From Diplonema japonicum (lineage: Eukaryota; Protista; Euglenozoa: Diplonemea): a DNA stretch of 64,000 bases. The notes under the pieces were generated by a model. The model had not been told where the DNA came from, did no database searches, and was given only the letters and a program-made list of their open reading frames with translations. A program made the translations under genes and the position numbers. The stretch spans positions 186,001 to 250,000 of the forward strand of contig OZ025744.1 of NCBI GenBank assembly GCA_964019335.1, given 5' to 3'. Shown one piece after another: positions 9,980 to 21,009 of the stretch (positions are counted from its first letter, which is position 1; every line of letters starts with the position of its first letter).

Positions 9980-10930
9980 GAAGTGAATTTGGATTTTCCA
10001 CCAAACTCTGTAACCTGTTTTTTTTGCCCTTTGTCCACGGTGGATATATTTCTCTATTGTTCACGGAAACTTGTAATTTCATATCCACCAAACACGTTTT
10101 CAAAATATTTTGTCCACCATCCACGGTAACCACTTTTGAAATCCAATCCACCAACCACGGCAACTTGGCGGCATAGTTCCACCATCCACGGTAACCTTGA
10201 AAATTTATTTCCATCATCCACGGTAACCACCAAGGCTTTTTCCACCTTCCACGGTTACCTCGAAAATTAATTCCACCACCACGGTATCCTCGAAAGGTTT
10301 TTCCACCTTCCACTGTCCTTTACTTGACTGACTCCAAACCTTACTTGGATCTCCTTCCCAAGTGTTTGCAGGTCGCCGCTTGGTGTTTGATGTATTTCGC
10401 CACCCCCCGCCTGCCTTCTGTCAGGGTCCTGTGTGAAGATAACCTCAAGCCCCCGTTGTAACTAAATCAAGAACGGGGAGACCCTCGTTGGGGGATAAGA
10501 GGAAACTGAGCGAAGGAGAGGGGACATACACCTGCGGCAACTGCAAGAAAGTGGGGCACAATGCCCGTTCTTGCAAGAACCCCCACCACTCGACTGCTGC
10601 GTCACAGCCGCAGACTCCTAGAAGTGCTCTTCTGAGCTGAAGCAGACCCAGCTAATGTAGTGTCATAGTGTAGAGTCATCCCCCCCCCCCTTTTTTTTCC
10701 TTTTGCCTAATCACTTATTCCTATTGTTGTAGTGCGCTCTATATTTCGCCAAATAGTCAAAAAAACGAAAATGCGAAAGGTTCCGTGTTTGGTGGAAAAT
10801 GAAATTCGAGTTGGCTTGAACGGTGGAAAATTTTCATTTGGTTGTCGTGTTAGTAGTTTTTCTCTAAAAGGCAAATAAGAAGAAGGCACTCTAAAATTGT
10901 GGGGGGACTCGGATTTCACCATTCTTGCAT
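9980..10930 (+). mobile_element. Decayed DNA transposon with subterminal repeats and a CCHC zinc-knuckle remnant; boundaries approximate
   Basis: Inverted motif AATTTCAT(A/TT)TCCACCAAACACG at ~10075-10096 and ~10784-10806; ~31-nt tandem repeats; fragment YTCGNCKKVGHNARSCKNP at ~10525-10585, typical of MULE or pogo-type transposase tails. Confidence 0.55.
10112..10316. repeat. Degenerate ~31-nt tandem repeat, 7 units, core TCCACCATCCACGGTAACC
   Basis: Read directly from the sequence; the 12-15-nt linkers resemble each other. Confidence 0.85.
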
Positions 10931-11122
10931 ATTAAAGCATCACCTCGGCCGAGCTGGTATGCAGTGTGCAGCCGCAACCTTGGAAGAAAAAAAGAAAAGA
11001 AGCTAGTTTGGCAAAACAGCTGCCCCCGATCCGAAGAGAAAAGAAAGTGGCATCTGTTGCAAAGATAATAAGCCAGGTGCAGAAAATTCCCGCACGCGAA
11101 GAATGAGAAAAAAAAATATATA

Positions 11123-12578
11123 CTGTAAAACGAATAATGTCGGACGGAAAAATTCTAGGACAGAAAAACTCCCGGACACCAAAAAAACCCGGACATTTTT
11201 CCGTCTGGGAGTTTTTGTGGGAAGAAGTTTTTTTACTTAAGGGGGGGTAGCAGCTCCCACCACGTTTGCCTGGAAGGGCTTTATTCCTGTGCAGAGCCAA
11301 AATGTTTACCCTGCGTGGCAGTTTGAATTTTTCTTCCCCTTTCAATGCACCAACAAACAGCACCCACGGGATCTTTAACTTCTCATAAACCCGTACTTCT
11401 TTCGTCAAATTAACCAGTTCGACTACCCAAGGCACGTTGAGCAGCTGGCTTGTGAGGGGCCCAACTTTGGTGCTGACACCCCCGGCCAGCTCACCCCCGA
11501 GAGGTGGAGGAGATAAACTCCTTACACCGGACCGAGAAGGCCAGTACAAACCCCCGAAAGCAGCTTGGCGGCCTCTGCGGTCAGAGGACGGCAGCAACAG
11601 GTTCAACAGAGCCCAGTTTCTTCCAGACGGAAATACTGGACAATCCAGCCCGAAAGACAAACCTAGCACTGTCCTTTTCCACTGACTATGCCGACAAAAC
11701 TTTGCAGCAAGAAAGACAAAAGCCGCAAGCCACCTCCGGAAAGCCCGGAAACGAGAAGGACAACGAGAGGGCACGCTGTTTCACCATGGAATTCAGGTCC
11801 ATAATCGACACCCATAAAGTAAGGCCGGAATTGGTCTGGAATACAGGGTTAAAAACTAAAACGAAAAGGGGTGCTAAGGTCGTAAAAGTCCGTGGCTTGG
11901 GGGACAAAACGGGCTATAACCGAACAGCTGGCTGTTTCCTTGGCTGGATGGGTTGCAACTTAAATACAAAGGCAAAGCGGAAACGCAACCGGCAGGGATT
12001 ATCCGTGCCCCGGTCAAGCACCTGCCCGTCGAATGGAGCCTAACGGCATCGCCCAATCATTGGGCTAATTATGATACTCGGTATCTGGGTTACGGAGCTG
12101 TTTCTTCCTTTTTGCTATAAATCATTGATTCCCATGGTTTTGCCGAACGGGCCGATTCGGCTGCTTGTCGGCGACCACAACTCTCACACGACCTATGCCT
12201 ATGGGTTCGTAGAGTTGTTCGCAGGCGCAAACGTGCACATTGCTTTTGTCCCCCTGGGCTCACCTACATGGTTCAACCGATGGATATTGGGTTGAACGCA
12301 GCTGTAAAGCATCTATTAAGAAAGGTAGTAGGCCACACGAAGGCTCGACAAGCTGATTGCCTCAGGGGCAGCAAGGGAGGACGGCAAGATGCAGAAAGGG
12401 AACCCTGTGGGGTTTCTTCGCGCGGTTGCCGTTTGCAGCCCAGGCCAGTATAGTATGTAGGTAGTAGTGGACCAGGCCCCCTGACGGCCTTACCTAAAAA
12501 AAACTCCCGGACGGAAAAATTCCCGGACGCCAAAAAAAACTCGGACATTTTTCCGTCCGGGAGTTTTTCGTTTTACAG
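11123..12578 (+). mobile_element. pogo/Tigger-like (Tc1/mariner superfamily) transposon, decayed
   Basis: TIRs CTGTAAAACGAA..CGGACGGAAAAAT at both ends, flanked by TA; frameshifted DDE_1 remnants LLVGDHNSH...VHIAFVP and VQPMDIGLNAAVKHLLRK. Confidence 0.85.
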
Positions 12579-12617
12579 TATATATATCGTCTGTCCATTT
12601 CTGTTATACATTGCATT

Positions 12618-15119
12618 TCAGTTCACAATTGGTTCTTCCATCCCAAAAGGCTGTAGTAGACCTGGGTTCTGTGCTGCCTTGACCAGCTTTGCAAGATACC
12701 TCTTCGACACCTCAGAGTCGTCAGAACAGCCATCCAAAGCGCTTCTGGCTCCTTCTGCATCTCCCTCCATGAACAGCTTGAAGCTGGCTTTGTACTTTGT
12801 GTGAGGGTCGTTGGCATCCCCTTCTGCCATCTGGTACATCCACTCCTCCTCCTTCACCTCCTTAGAACCAAGTGCCTCGTGAACAAGAAGGACTTTGTCA
12901 GAGTGCTTCGGGAAGGAAAGGTGAAGAAGGGGCCTCGTGAAGGCCACGTTCGTCACCTCCTCGTGGGTCGTGTTGTCCACTGCGATGTCCGCACCCTGCA
13001 TCCTCGCCACCCGCTCCACGATGTGCACCCACGACGCCAGCGACCCGACAAAAGTGAACTTCTTCATCCCATCACAACCCATGTTCCCACACCGAACTTG
13101 TCCAGAAGCAATCCCGATCGAGAACTTCCCTGAGCGGGGACCCGTGAGCTCTCTTGAGAAGGTGTAAGCCGCTACCTTGTAAGAAGGACAGTTCCGCACA
13201 CCGTTCCACGACACGTACAGCCTGTCCCCGCTGAAGCTGTCGGGTGTTCCTCTTGTTGCCTTCACGTGTAAAAGTGCTGCTGTCAGATAGTCCGATATCT
13301 TCTTCAGAACCTGTGCTTGGTCTCCAGAAAGGAAGGATATCATGTTGCAGGCCAGGAGTGTCACCCTCTTCGTCTTTGCTTCTGTTCCGTGGAGCACCGT
13401 TTGTTTCTGAACCACTCTCGTCGATGCAGAGTGGCGCGAGGCAATGGAACCCAGTCTCGAGCCGCGAGAACGTGACTTGTGCGTGGCCGTCTTACCCTCG
13501 CTGCTTTCATCATCATCGCTCCCTTGCAGAACAGAGGCCGGCATGTAGTTCCTGTACTCAACAAGATTCTTCATCATCTGAAGAAAGCTGACCTGCATGA
13601 GCTGCACCTCTTGCAAAGTACTCAGTGGCCTCTCCCTGTCAACCTTCTCAAGGTCCATCACAGCCACCATCGCCATCTCATACTCCAGAATGAGAAGTGG
13701 TTCAATGATCTTCAGAACAAAGACAATGGACACCACAGTGAGGAGGACAGCAACGGCCACCACAAGCACGTACAGCACTGTGCGTGCCTTCTTCAGGTCG
13801 TCGTCCACCTTGCGCTCCGCATCGGAGATTGAAACACGTGTCTCTTCCAGTTTTCTATCAATCTCCCCCAAGATGTACGCCCTGTCGATCACGATGTGCA
13901 CGTACCAGTCGATCCCGTGGCCGTTGTTCATGATCCCAACCCTGTAGTAGAAGTCCTCTCCTTCAGGTGCGTAGTCGGTGCTGACGTTCAGGATAACCAA
14001 GGCTTGCGTGGTCGCAGATACTTCCAGTACGACTCCAGTCGTTTCTACCTCCTGAGCCGCTCGGCGGATGATGGGATCACTACTGTTGGTGGGTGGCATG
14101 AGGGATAGAAATTCAGGCGCGGAGTAGAAAGCAACAGTGCCACGAGAGGCGGCGACGAGCATGCCTATAGTATCAGAGCCCATGTTGCTGCCTCTCACGG
14201 TGACGTACAGCCGGCCTCTGGAGGGGTGGCCGTACACAGGACCACCAATGGTGAGCTGCTGCAAAAACTTGCTGATGTGTCGGAGGTCAGAGGCTCCGAA
14301 GGCATATCCAGTGCGGACCCCGTTGTGGGCAATAGGCATGACGATGTTGATGGTGACATACTCCCCAAAGCTGATTGGGGGCGACATCATGAGCACCCCC
14401 AAGTCGGGTGCGTTCCCTAAACCGTTTAATATTTTCGCGATATCATAGGGAGGTGAGCATGGTTTCGTAAGATCAGTACCGTTGGTAAGTAAGCTTGAGA
14501 AGTTGCAAGGGATCGACAAGTTAATATTGGGAGTCGCAGGGTACGGGTTCAGACCAATAATTTCACCTGTGACATTATCTATATTGCCTGTTATGTACCC
14601 GTTGGGCCCGCCCCAAGGATGCTCGGTGCCGTAGTTAACTACCGACGTAATGTCATGGTACTCGTCAGGGCCGCGTTCGACTGTCAAGATGTCCTCAGAG
14701 ATAAAAACTACAAGTCCATTATTCATAATTATACCGATTCCGGTGCATCCTTTCTTCACTAGAGTTAGGTATGACCAATAAAACCTTGCCTGATGATGCC
14801 AGCCAAAGATCTTTACCTTGTCGTAAGTGTTTGCCATCACTTCCTGTGCGATCGCTAGTGTAGCCAAGCGTGTTGGTTCCATAAAGTCCAGAAGGTAGTC
14901 GACGGTGCTGACCATGAGAAGGTCGAGGTACTCGTCGGTTCTCTTCCTCACGCTCTCCTCGCCCACGGTGAAGGAGCTGTTCACAGAGGTGTCCCTCGAA
15001 GCCTTCGTGTCGTCGAGCGCCGTGTCGCTGCTGCTTATCGCGAGGAACGTGCAGATAAACGCAGTGATCACGATGCACAGCAACACCAGCGCGATGTTCA
15101 GCACCTTGATGCTCGGCAT
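12618..15119 (-). CDS. Receptor-type adenylate/guanylate cyclase-like protein (2 TM, ectodomain, HAMP-like segment, degenerate class III cyclase), copy 1
   Basis: TM1 IALVLLCIVITAFICTFLAI; TM2 VLYVLVVAVAVLLTVVSIVFVL; HAMP-like IIEPL...EVQLM; cyclase motifs VTLLACNM, DSFSGDRL, IGIASGQVRCGNMG, FTFVG. Confidence 0.85.
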   Translation of the reverse strand: MPSIKVLNIALVLLCIVITAFICTFLAISSSDTALDDTKASRDTSVNSSFTVGEESVRKRTDEYLDLLMVSTVDYLLDFMEPTRLATLAIAQEVMANTYDKVKIFGWHHQARFYWSYLTLVKKGCTGIGIIMNNGLVVFISEDILTVERGPDEYHDITSVVNYGTEHPWGGPNGYITGNIDNVTGEIIGLNPYPATPNINLSIPCNFSSLLTNGTDLTKPCSPPYDIAKILNGLGNAPDLGVLMMSPPISFGEYVTINIVMPIAHNGVRTGYAFGASDLRHISKFLQQLTIGGPVYGHPSRGRLYVTVRGSNMGSDTIGMLVAASRGTVAFYSAPEFLSLMPPTNSSDPIIRRAAQEVETTGVVLEVSATTQALVILNVSTDYAPEGEDFYYRVGIMNNGHGIDWYVHIVIDRAYILGEIDRKLEETRVSISDAERKVDDDLKKARTVLYVLVVAVAVLLTVVSIVFVLKIIEPLLILEYEMAMVAVMDLEKVDRERPLSTLQEVQLMQVSFLQMMKNLVEYRNYMPASVLQGSDDDESSEGKTATHKSRSRGSRLGSIASRHSASTRVVQKQTVLHGTEAKTKRVTLLACNMISFLSGDQAQVLKKISDYLTAALLHVKATRGTPDSFSGDRLYVSWNGVRNCPSYKVAAYTFSRELTGPRSGKFSIGIASGQVRCGNMGCDGMKKFTFVGSLASWVHIVERVARMQGADIAVDNTTHEEVTNVAFTRPLLHLSFPKHSDKVLLVHEALGSKEVKEEEWMYQMAEGDANDPHTKYKASFKLFMEGDAEGARSALDGCSDDSEVSKRYLAKLVKAAQNPGLLQPFGMEEPIVN

Positions 15120-15809
15120 TTTTTTATTTTATTTTTTTTTGGTTTTTTATTTTTATTTTTATCTGCTACTTTTACCCCCCCCCCCCCCCACACCCTCGTT
15201 TTCCGTAAGAGAACTAAAAAATTTTAAAAATAAAAATAAAAAAGGAAAGGGGAGGGGGGAAGAAGAAAAAAAAAATTCAAATTGGCATGCAGCGAAGGAA
15301 GCAGGCATTTCTCAGTTTTCTTTTTTTTGGGGGGGGGAAGAGCCGGTTGATTGTAAACTAGGCCGTGTTGCCAGGGATGCAAGTTCACCCATCGAGACTG
15401 ATATTGCAACTATTCACCCCGTCTTTTAGGTGTCTTTTCTTTATCAGTTCGATGAACGAGATGAAGTGGCTGCGATATTAGTCCGGTAGAGAGGAACGAG
15501 AAGAATTGCATACAAAGAAATTGTGTGCGCCAACATCCTTGCGGCTACAAAGTGCACCACAAACAACGACAAAGTACAAGCTTAGACCGTCTCAAGGTGG
15601 CGTCATTCTTTTTTTTTTATCTTACGAAATTGGCCGAGAGAGATTTCCTTTCCCCCCCCCCCCATTTAAAGAGTGTAAACTCTCGTTGCTGAGAAACTTA
15701 CATTGAACCCGTTTGGCAAAACAGTTCAAAACAAGAAGGAAACAAAAAAAAAAAAAATTCACTATGATAGGAACGAAGTGGTTAGCAACGGCCCGCCGCG
15801 GTGGCGTGC

Positions 15810-16298
15810 CTACCTTATGATGCTCCCCTTTTGGGGTCGTTCCCTGCTACCCACCGTAGTGCCTAGCTGTCGTTTATATCTTCCAATCCTTTCTTTCCGG
15901 TAATCTTCTCTCAGTCCTTTCAGCTTGGTCGCCGTCAGCCCCGATGCAAACAGGGCCCTCCTATCAAAGCCAACGACGTGGTCGCGGCCAATGGATCGTA
16001 GTGATCTCACGTTCTTGCATGACTGCGCCGGAAAAGCGCGCCTCCTCTTCTCCCTCATCCATGTCGCTTGCAGCGTATCCAGGATCCGCTTGATCCTCAC
16101 CGCCTTCTTGTCGATGTCAATCGTCGTGTTGATGTTAACCCCCAGCGTCTTCTTCGTGTAGCACTCGAAGTCAATCGCCAGCTCGATCGCCGACACGGAC
16201 GTTCCCTCCTCCGCCCACCGCAGCGCAGCCAGCCATCTCAGCACCTGATCACCATACTCCCTGAGCTGCGGGGTCAGCTTGAGCTTGTACAGTTCCAC
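15810..16298 (-). mobile_element. Probable C-terminal fragment of a non-LTR retrotransposon ORF
   Basis: GC-rich truncated ORF with no A-tract/ATG start; motif WLAALRW...VSAIELAIDFE resembles C-termini of protist LINE polyproteins (from recall, not verified). Confidence 0.4.
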
Positions 16299-16338
16299 AA
16301 CCTTTGGCGCCTCGAAACGCCTTCCTTGAGTCGTAAGG

Positions 16339-16378
<40 letters not shown>

Positions 16379-16534
16379 GATGAAAAATAACTTTGGTTAG
16401 TTACATAAGCTGAGCAACTTCTTTTCCACGTCGGCACATGTTGCTTTCCTTCAGCGCTGAAGAAGCATGGCTAGAAGAAAAAGAGAAGCTCATTTGGCAA
16501 AACTGCTGCCTCCCGAGAAAACATGGAATCTGTT

Positions 16535-17700
16535 TTAACCCATAAAGGACCGGAGCGGTGATTTATTATTTTTTTTATTTATCTTTATTTCACTCTTCGT
16601 CATTTTCTTCACTCACTAGGGGCCTCATTATTTAACGCGAAACGGCCATTATTTAACGCGAAATCGCCATTATTTAACTAGTTAAATAATGAGATTTTGC
16701 AGTTAAATAATGGCCCTTCAGAGTGAAAAAATGGGTCTTGTCGTGGAAAAAAATGCACCCAACCCCTTGAAAATTTTTTTTGGGGTGGGAGTATTTTGAC
16801 TACTTTTGGCCATCTGAGGCCATTCCAGCCCTTAAAAGTGGGAATAAGTGCCTTACTTCCCCTTTAAATGCCACGACGAAATAGCTACCCTGTATTACCT
16901 TAGGAAAATCCCCAAAAAGCTGACCTGCGTGAAAAAAAACAGCAGTGAAAGCAGTGAAGAGTGAGTGACTCAAATGACGAAAAGTGAAATAAAACGACTT
17001 ACTTGCCGCCAAATGAGCCATTATTTAACACTTGTTGCCGTTTTTTTGCACGAGGGCCCCGCGGGGCCCTCGTGCAAAAAATTCGGGAACTCGAGTTAAA
17101 TAATGACTCATTATTTGTTGGCAATAAATAGCTATTTTTGCCCCCCCCCTCCCTAGTGTTTTTTTTTGGCTGGGGACCCCATAAATAAAAGTAGACTTTA
17201 TTTATTTTCCCTTGTTTTGGCTAGAAACATCAAAAAAAAAAGTAACTTTATTTTTTTCCTCATGTTTCTTGCAAGTTTGTGACCAGTGGTGGTGGTGGCT
17301 GAACCTAAGAGAACATGTAAAGAACGAGCGCTTCTTCGTCCAAATAAGAGATGACAGCCAACTGAAGCGAAAGTGCCTGGGAAGACCGCTTTCTATGAGT
17401 TAGGTAGGATTGTTGCATGTGAGTTGATGCACCCCAAAGTTGACTCGTTAACGGGCCATACGTTGGGGCGCTCTTGTGCTACGCAAGCCGCTGCCAGCGG
17501 GGCCACATCATCAAAGGACGTACGTGGACCAAAACCCACTTTCTCAAGGCACAATGTGCGACAAGACCCATCCACCAAGCCAGCCACCTTCACCCAGGCC
17601 GCCCTAAGCACACATGATATCAAAATCCATGTGATCATCAAGCAGAAGAAGTAGTCCGACTACTTGTTCCCCCTTTTTTTCTTTTCTTTTTCTGCCATTA
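16535..17700 (+). mobile_element. Crypton-like tyrosine-recombinase element relic
   Basis: Frameshifted fragment RFFVQIRD...GKTAFYELGRIVACEL...LTGHTLGRSCATQAAASG resembles the YR box TGHxxRRxxAT; repeated ATTATTTAAC/GTTAAATAAT motifs and a GCAATAAATAGCTA end. Confidence 0.6.
17042..17081. repeat. Perfect 40-bp palindrome
   Basis: TTTTTTGCACGAGGGCCCCG|CGGGGCCCTCGTGCAAAAAA. Confidence 0.95.
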
Positions 17701-17738
17701 TTTATTTTTTAGCATGCCAAATATAAAACGTCCCCAGC

Positions 17739-17781
<43 letters not shown>

Positions 17782-18406
17782 ACTAGGTCGGAGGGCAAAA
17801 ACGATAAATAAAATCACAGATTCTGCTATTAAAGTGGACTTTATTTTACCAAAATCAATAGTTATTAATTCTGCTAAGGTATTTTTTAATGCTCTACAAT
17901 GGGATGGCAAAATCGAGAAGGTGGGGAGGGAAATATTTCGCAAGGTACCAGGTCCAAGCGTACCATTTGACTGTCCTGTACTTTGAGTTGTTTTTTCTCA
18001 CTCCCGCTGTTCTAAAAGGCTATTGTGGGGGTGGCTGAAATGACATTGCAAGTGGGGATAAAAATTGTGGGCACAATAGGTAACAAGGTCAAATGGGCAC
18101 GGGATGAACTCACAGATAGAGGGAAGAAACAGAATGGCCAAGGAGCGCATTCTTATAAATCTTGTGGTTCTTTCTTGGTCATCCTGGTCGAGCTGCTCAC
18201 CGAATATCTTCAACAACTGTTTTCGCTTGTCCCATTGATGAAACGGATTTACAAAGCGGGTTTCCACTGCATGGGGACCATCAGGAACCCGGAAATTGCC
18301 CCAGAATACCCATAAAATGTCCGCAAGTGTGTGGGCTGAAGACCTGACAAGAAGCTGAAAAAAAATAAAATAAAATCAAGCAGCTATTTCTGTTATACAT
18401 TGCATT

Positions 18407-20905
18407 TCAGTTCACAATTGGTTCTTCCATCCCAAAAGGCTGTAGTAGACCTGGGTTCTGTGCTGCCTTGACCAGCTTTGCAAGATACCTCTTCGACACC
18501 TCAGAGTCGTCAGAACAGCCATCCAAAGCGCTTCTGGCTCCTTCTGCATCTCCCTCCATGAACAGCTTGAAGCTGGCTTTGTACTTTGTGTGAGGGTCGT
18601 TGGCCTCCCCTTCTGCCATCTGGTACATCCACTCCTCCTCCTTCACCTCCTTAGAACCAAGCGCCTCGTGAACAAGAAGGACTTTGTCAGAGTGCTTCGG
18701 GAAGGAAAGGTGAAGAAGGGGCCTCGTGAAGGCCACGTTCGTCACCTCCTCGTGGGTCGTGTTGTCCACTGCGATGTCCGCACCCTGCATCCTCGCCACC
18801 CGCTCCACGATGTGCACCCACGACGCCAGCGACCCGACAAAAGTGAACTTCTTCATCCCATCACAACCCATGTTCCCACACCGAACTTGTCCAGAAGCAA
18901 TCCCGATCGAGAACTTCCCTGAGCGGGGACCCGTGAGCTCTCTTGAGAAGGTGTAAGCCGCTACCTTGTAAGAAGGACAGTTCCGCACACCGTTCCACGA
19001 CACGTACAGCCTGTCCCCGCTGAAGCTGTCGGGTGTTCCTCTTGTTGCCTTCACGTGTAAAAGTGCTGCTGTCAGATAGTCCGATATCTTCTTCAGAACC
19101 TGTGCTTGGTCTCCAGAAAGGAAGGATATCATGTTGCAGGCCAGGAGTGTCACCCTCTTCGTCTTTGCTTCTGTTCCGTGGAGCACCGTTTGTTTCTGAA
19201 CCACTCTCGTCGATGCAGAGTGGCGCGAGGCAATGGAACCCAGTCTCGAGCCGCGAGAACGTGACTTGTGCGTGGCCGTCTTACCCTCGCTGCTTTCATC
19301 ATCATCGCTCCCTTGCAGAACAGAGGCCGGCATGTAGTTCCTGTACTCAACAAGATTCTTCATCATCTGAAGAAAGCTGACCTGCATGAGCTGCACCTCT
19401 TGCAAAGTACTCAGTGGCCTCTCCCTGTCAACCTTCTCAAGGTCCATCACAGCCACCATCGCCATCTCATACTCCAGAATGAGAAGTGGTTCAATGATCT
19501 TCAGAACAAAGACAATGGACACCACAGTGAGGAGGACAGCGACGGCCACCACAAGCACGTACAGCACTGTGCGTGCCTTCTTCAGGTCGTCGTCCACCTT
19601 GCGCTCCGCATCGGAGATTGAAACACGCGTCTCTTCCAGTTTTCTATCAATCTCCCCCAAGATGTACGCCCTGTCGATCACGATGTGCACGTACCAGTCG
19701 AGTCCGTAGCCGTTGTTCATGATCCCAACCCTGTAGTAGAAGTCCTCTCCTTCAGGTGCGTAGTCGGTGCTGATGTTCAGGACGACTAAAGATTGCTGTT
19801 GTGCGGTTAATTCCTGGTCTACACCAGTTGCGATCAGCTCGAATGCCATGTTTGAGATGACAAGGTCGGTAGAGTTGATGGGAGGCATGAGAGCTAGGTT
19901 CTCAGGTTGGGAAAAGTAAGCAACATCTCCACGAGAGGCGGCGACGAGCATGCCTACGGGATCAGGGCCCATCCAACTGTCTCTCACGGTGATGTACAGC
20001 CTGCCTCTGGAGGGATACCCATCGACAGGGCCGCCGATCTTTGTGTTTTCAAGAATCTTGCTGATGTGTCGGAGGTCAGCACCAGCGAAGACGAAACCAG
20101 TGCGTACCCCGTTGTGGGATATGGGAACAAGCACATTCGAAGCTATGTACACACCGAAGCTGATTGGGGGTGTCACTTTGGCCTCACCGAGAGGTACTGC
20201 ACTGGCTAAACCCCCAAAGGCTCGCTCACCTGTGAAATCAATATTGCAGGGGGTCATGGGAATGGTCCCATTTGAGAGAATGTAAGCCACGTCACAGTCC
20301 CAATCGGTAGGCCACTGCTCGTAGGTAGCCGGGTCGTACCACAAAGGATCACCTGTGGTGTAGTTAATGGCCGCGTAGCTCGTTTTCCCAGCCCGGCCCA
20401 ATGGGTTATCCAGACCCTGACTGAACAGCAGTGAGTAGAAGTGCCATTCATGTGGTTCTCTTTGAATTGTTCTGAAATCTTCGGCGTAAAATATGGCCAA
20501 CTCGTTCTTCAAAAAAAGTCCCAACCCAGTATTGCCATTCGCTATTGTGTTTTTGTAAGCCCACCAATGCCTCGCTAAGATGTGCCATTCCCAATGCTTA
20601 ACGGTGTCATAGGGACTTCCCATAACTTCACGGGCAAGTTCTAGCGCTGTCTGTCTTTGAGGTTCCATGAACTGCAGGAGGTAGTCGACGGTGCTGTTCA
20701 TGAGAAGGTCGAGGTACTCGTCGGTTCTCTTCCTCACGCTCTCCTCGCCCACGGTGAAGGAGCTGTTCACAGAGGTGTCCCTCGAAGCCTTCGTGTCGTC
20801 GAGCGCCGTGTCGCTGCTGCTTATCGCGAGGAACGTGCAGATAAACGCAGTGATCACGATGCACAGCAACACCAGCGCGATGTTCAGCACCTTGATGCTC
20901 GGCAT
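18407..20905 (-). CDS. Receptor cyclase-like protein, copy 2
   Basis: Same architecture; C-terminal half almost identical to copy 1, ectodomain divergent. Confidence 0.85.
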   Translation of the reverse strand: MPSIKVLNIALVLLCIVITAFICTFLAISSSDTALDDTKASRDTSVNSSFTVGEESVRKRTDEYLDLLMNSTVDYLLQFMEPQRQTALELAREVMGSPYDTVKHWEWHILARHWWAYKNTIANGNTGLGLFLKNELAIFYAEDFRTIQREPHEWHFYSLLFSQGLDNPLGRAGKTSYAAINYTTGDPLWYDPATYEQWPTDWDCDVAYILSNGTIPMTPCNIDFTGERAFGGLASAVPLGEAKVTPPISFGVYIASNVLVPISHNGVRTGFVFAGADLRHISKILENTKIGGPVDGYPSRGRLYITVRDSWMGPDPVGMLVAASRGDVAYFSQPENLALMPPINSTDLVISNMAFELIATGVDQELTAQQQSLVVLNISTDYAPEGEDFYYRVGIMNNGYGLDWYVHIVIDRAYILGEIDRKLEETRVSISDAERKVDDDLKKARTVLYVLVVAVAVLLTVVSIVFVLKIIEPLLILEYEMAMVAVMDLEKVDRERPLSTLQEVQLMQVSFLQMMKNLVEYRNYMPASVLQGSDDDESSEGKTATHKSRSRGSRLGSIASRHSASTRVVQKQTVLHGTEAKTKRVTLLACNMISFLSGDQAQVLKKISDYLTAALLHVKATRGTPDSFSGDRLYVSWNGVRNCPSYKVAAYTFSRELTGPRSGKFSIGIASGQVRCGNMGCDGMKKFTFVGSLASWVHIVERVARMQGADIAVDNTTHEEVTNVAFTRPLLHLSFPKHSDKVLLVHEALGSKEVKEEEWMYQMAEGEANDPHTKYKASFKLFMEGDAEGARSALDGCSDDSEVSKRYLAKLVKAAQNPGLLQPFGMEEPIVN

Positions 20906-21009
20906 TTTGTTTTTTGTTCGTTCTACCCCCCCTTTTTTTAAAATCTTTTATTTTTTATAGTTTCCTTTGGTAAGGTTTTATTTTTCTTGGCAGATTTTGA
21001 CCAAATATT

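Noticed and set aside
10112-10316. CRISPR-like repeat-spacer look
   Set aside because: Linkers are only 12-15 nt and resemble each other, repeats are degenerate, no cas genes, eukaryotic context. Better explained as transposon subterminal repeats.
10932-11774. 280-aa minus-strand ORF
   Set aside because: Crosses the pogo TIR, lies antisense to the decayed transposase and has no recognisable domain.
17998-18345. Possible transposase fragment next to receptor copy 2
   Set aside because: No recognisable motif in any frame I read.
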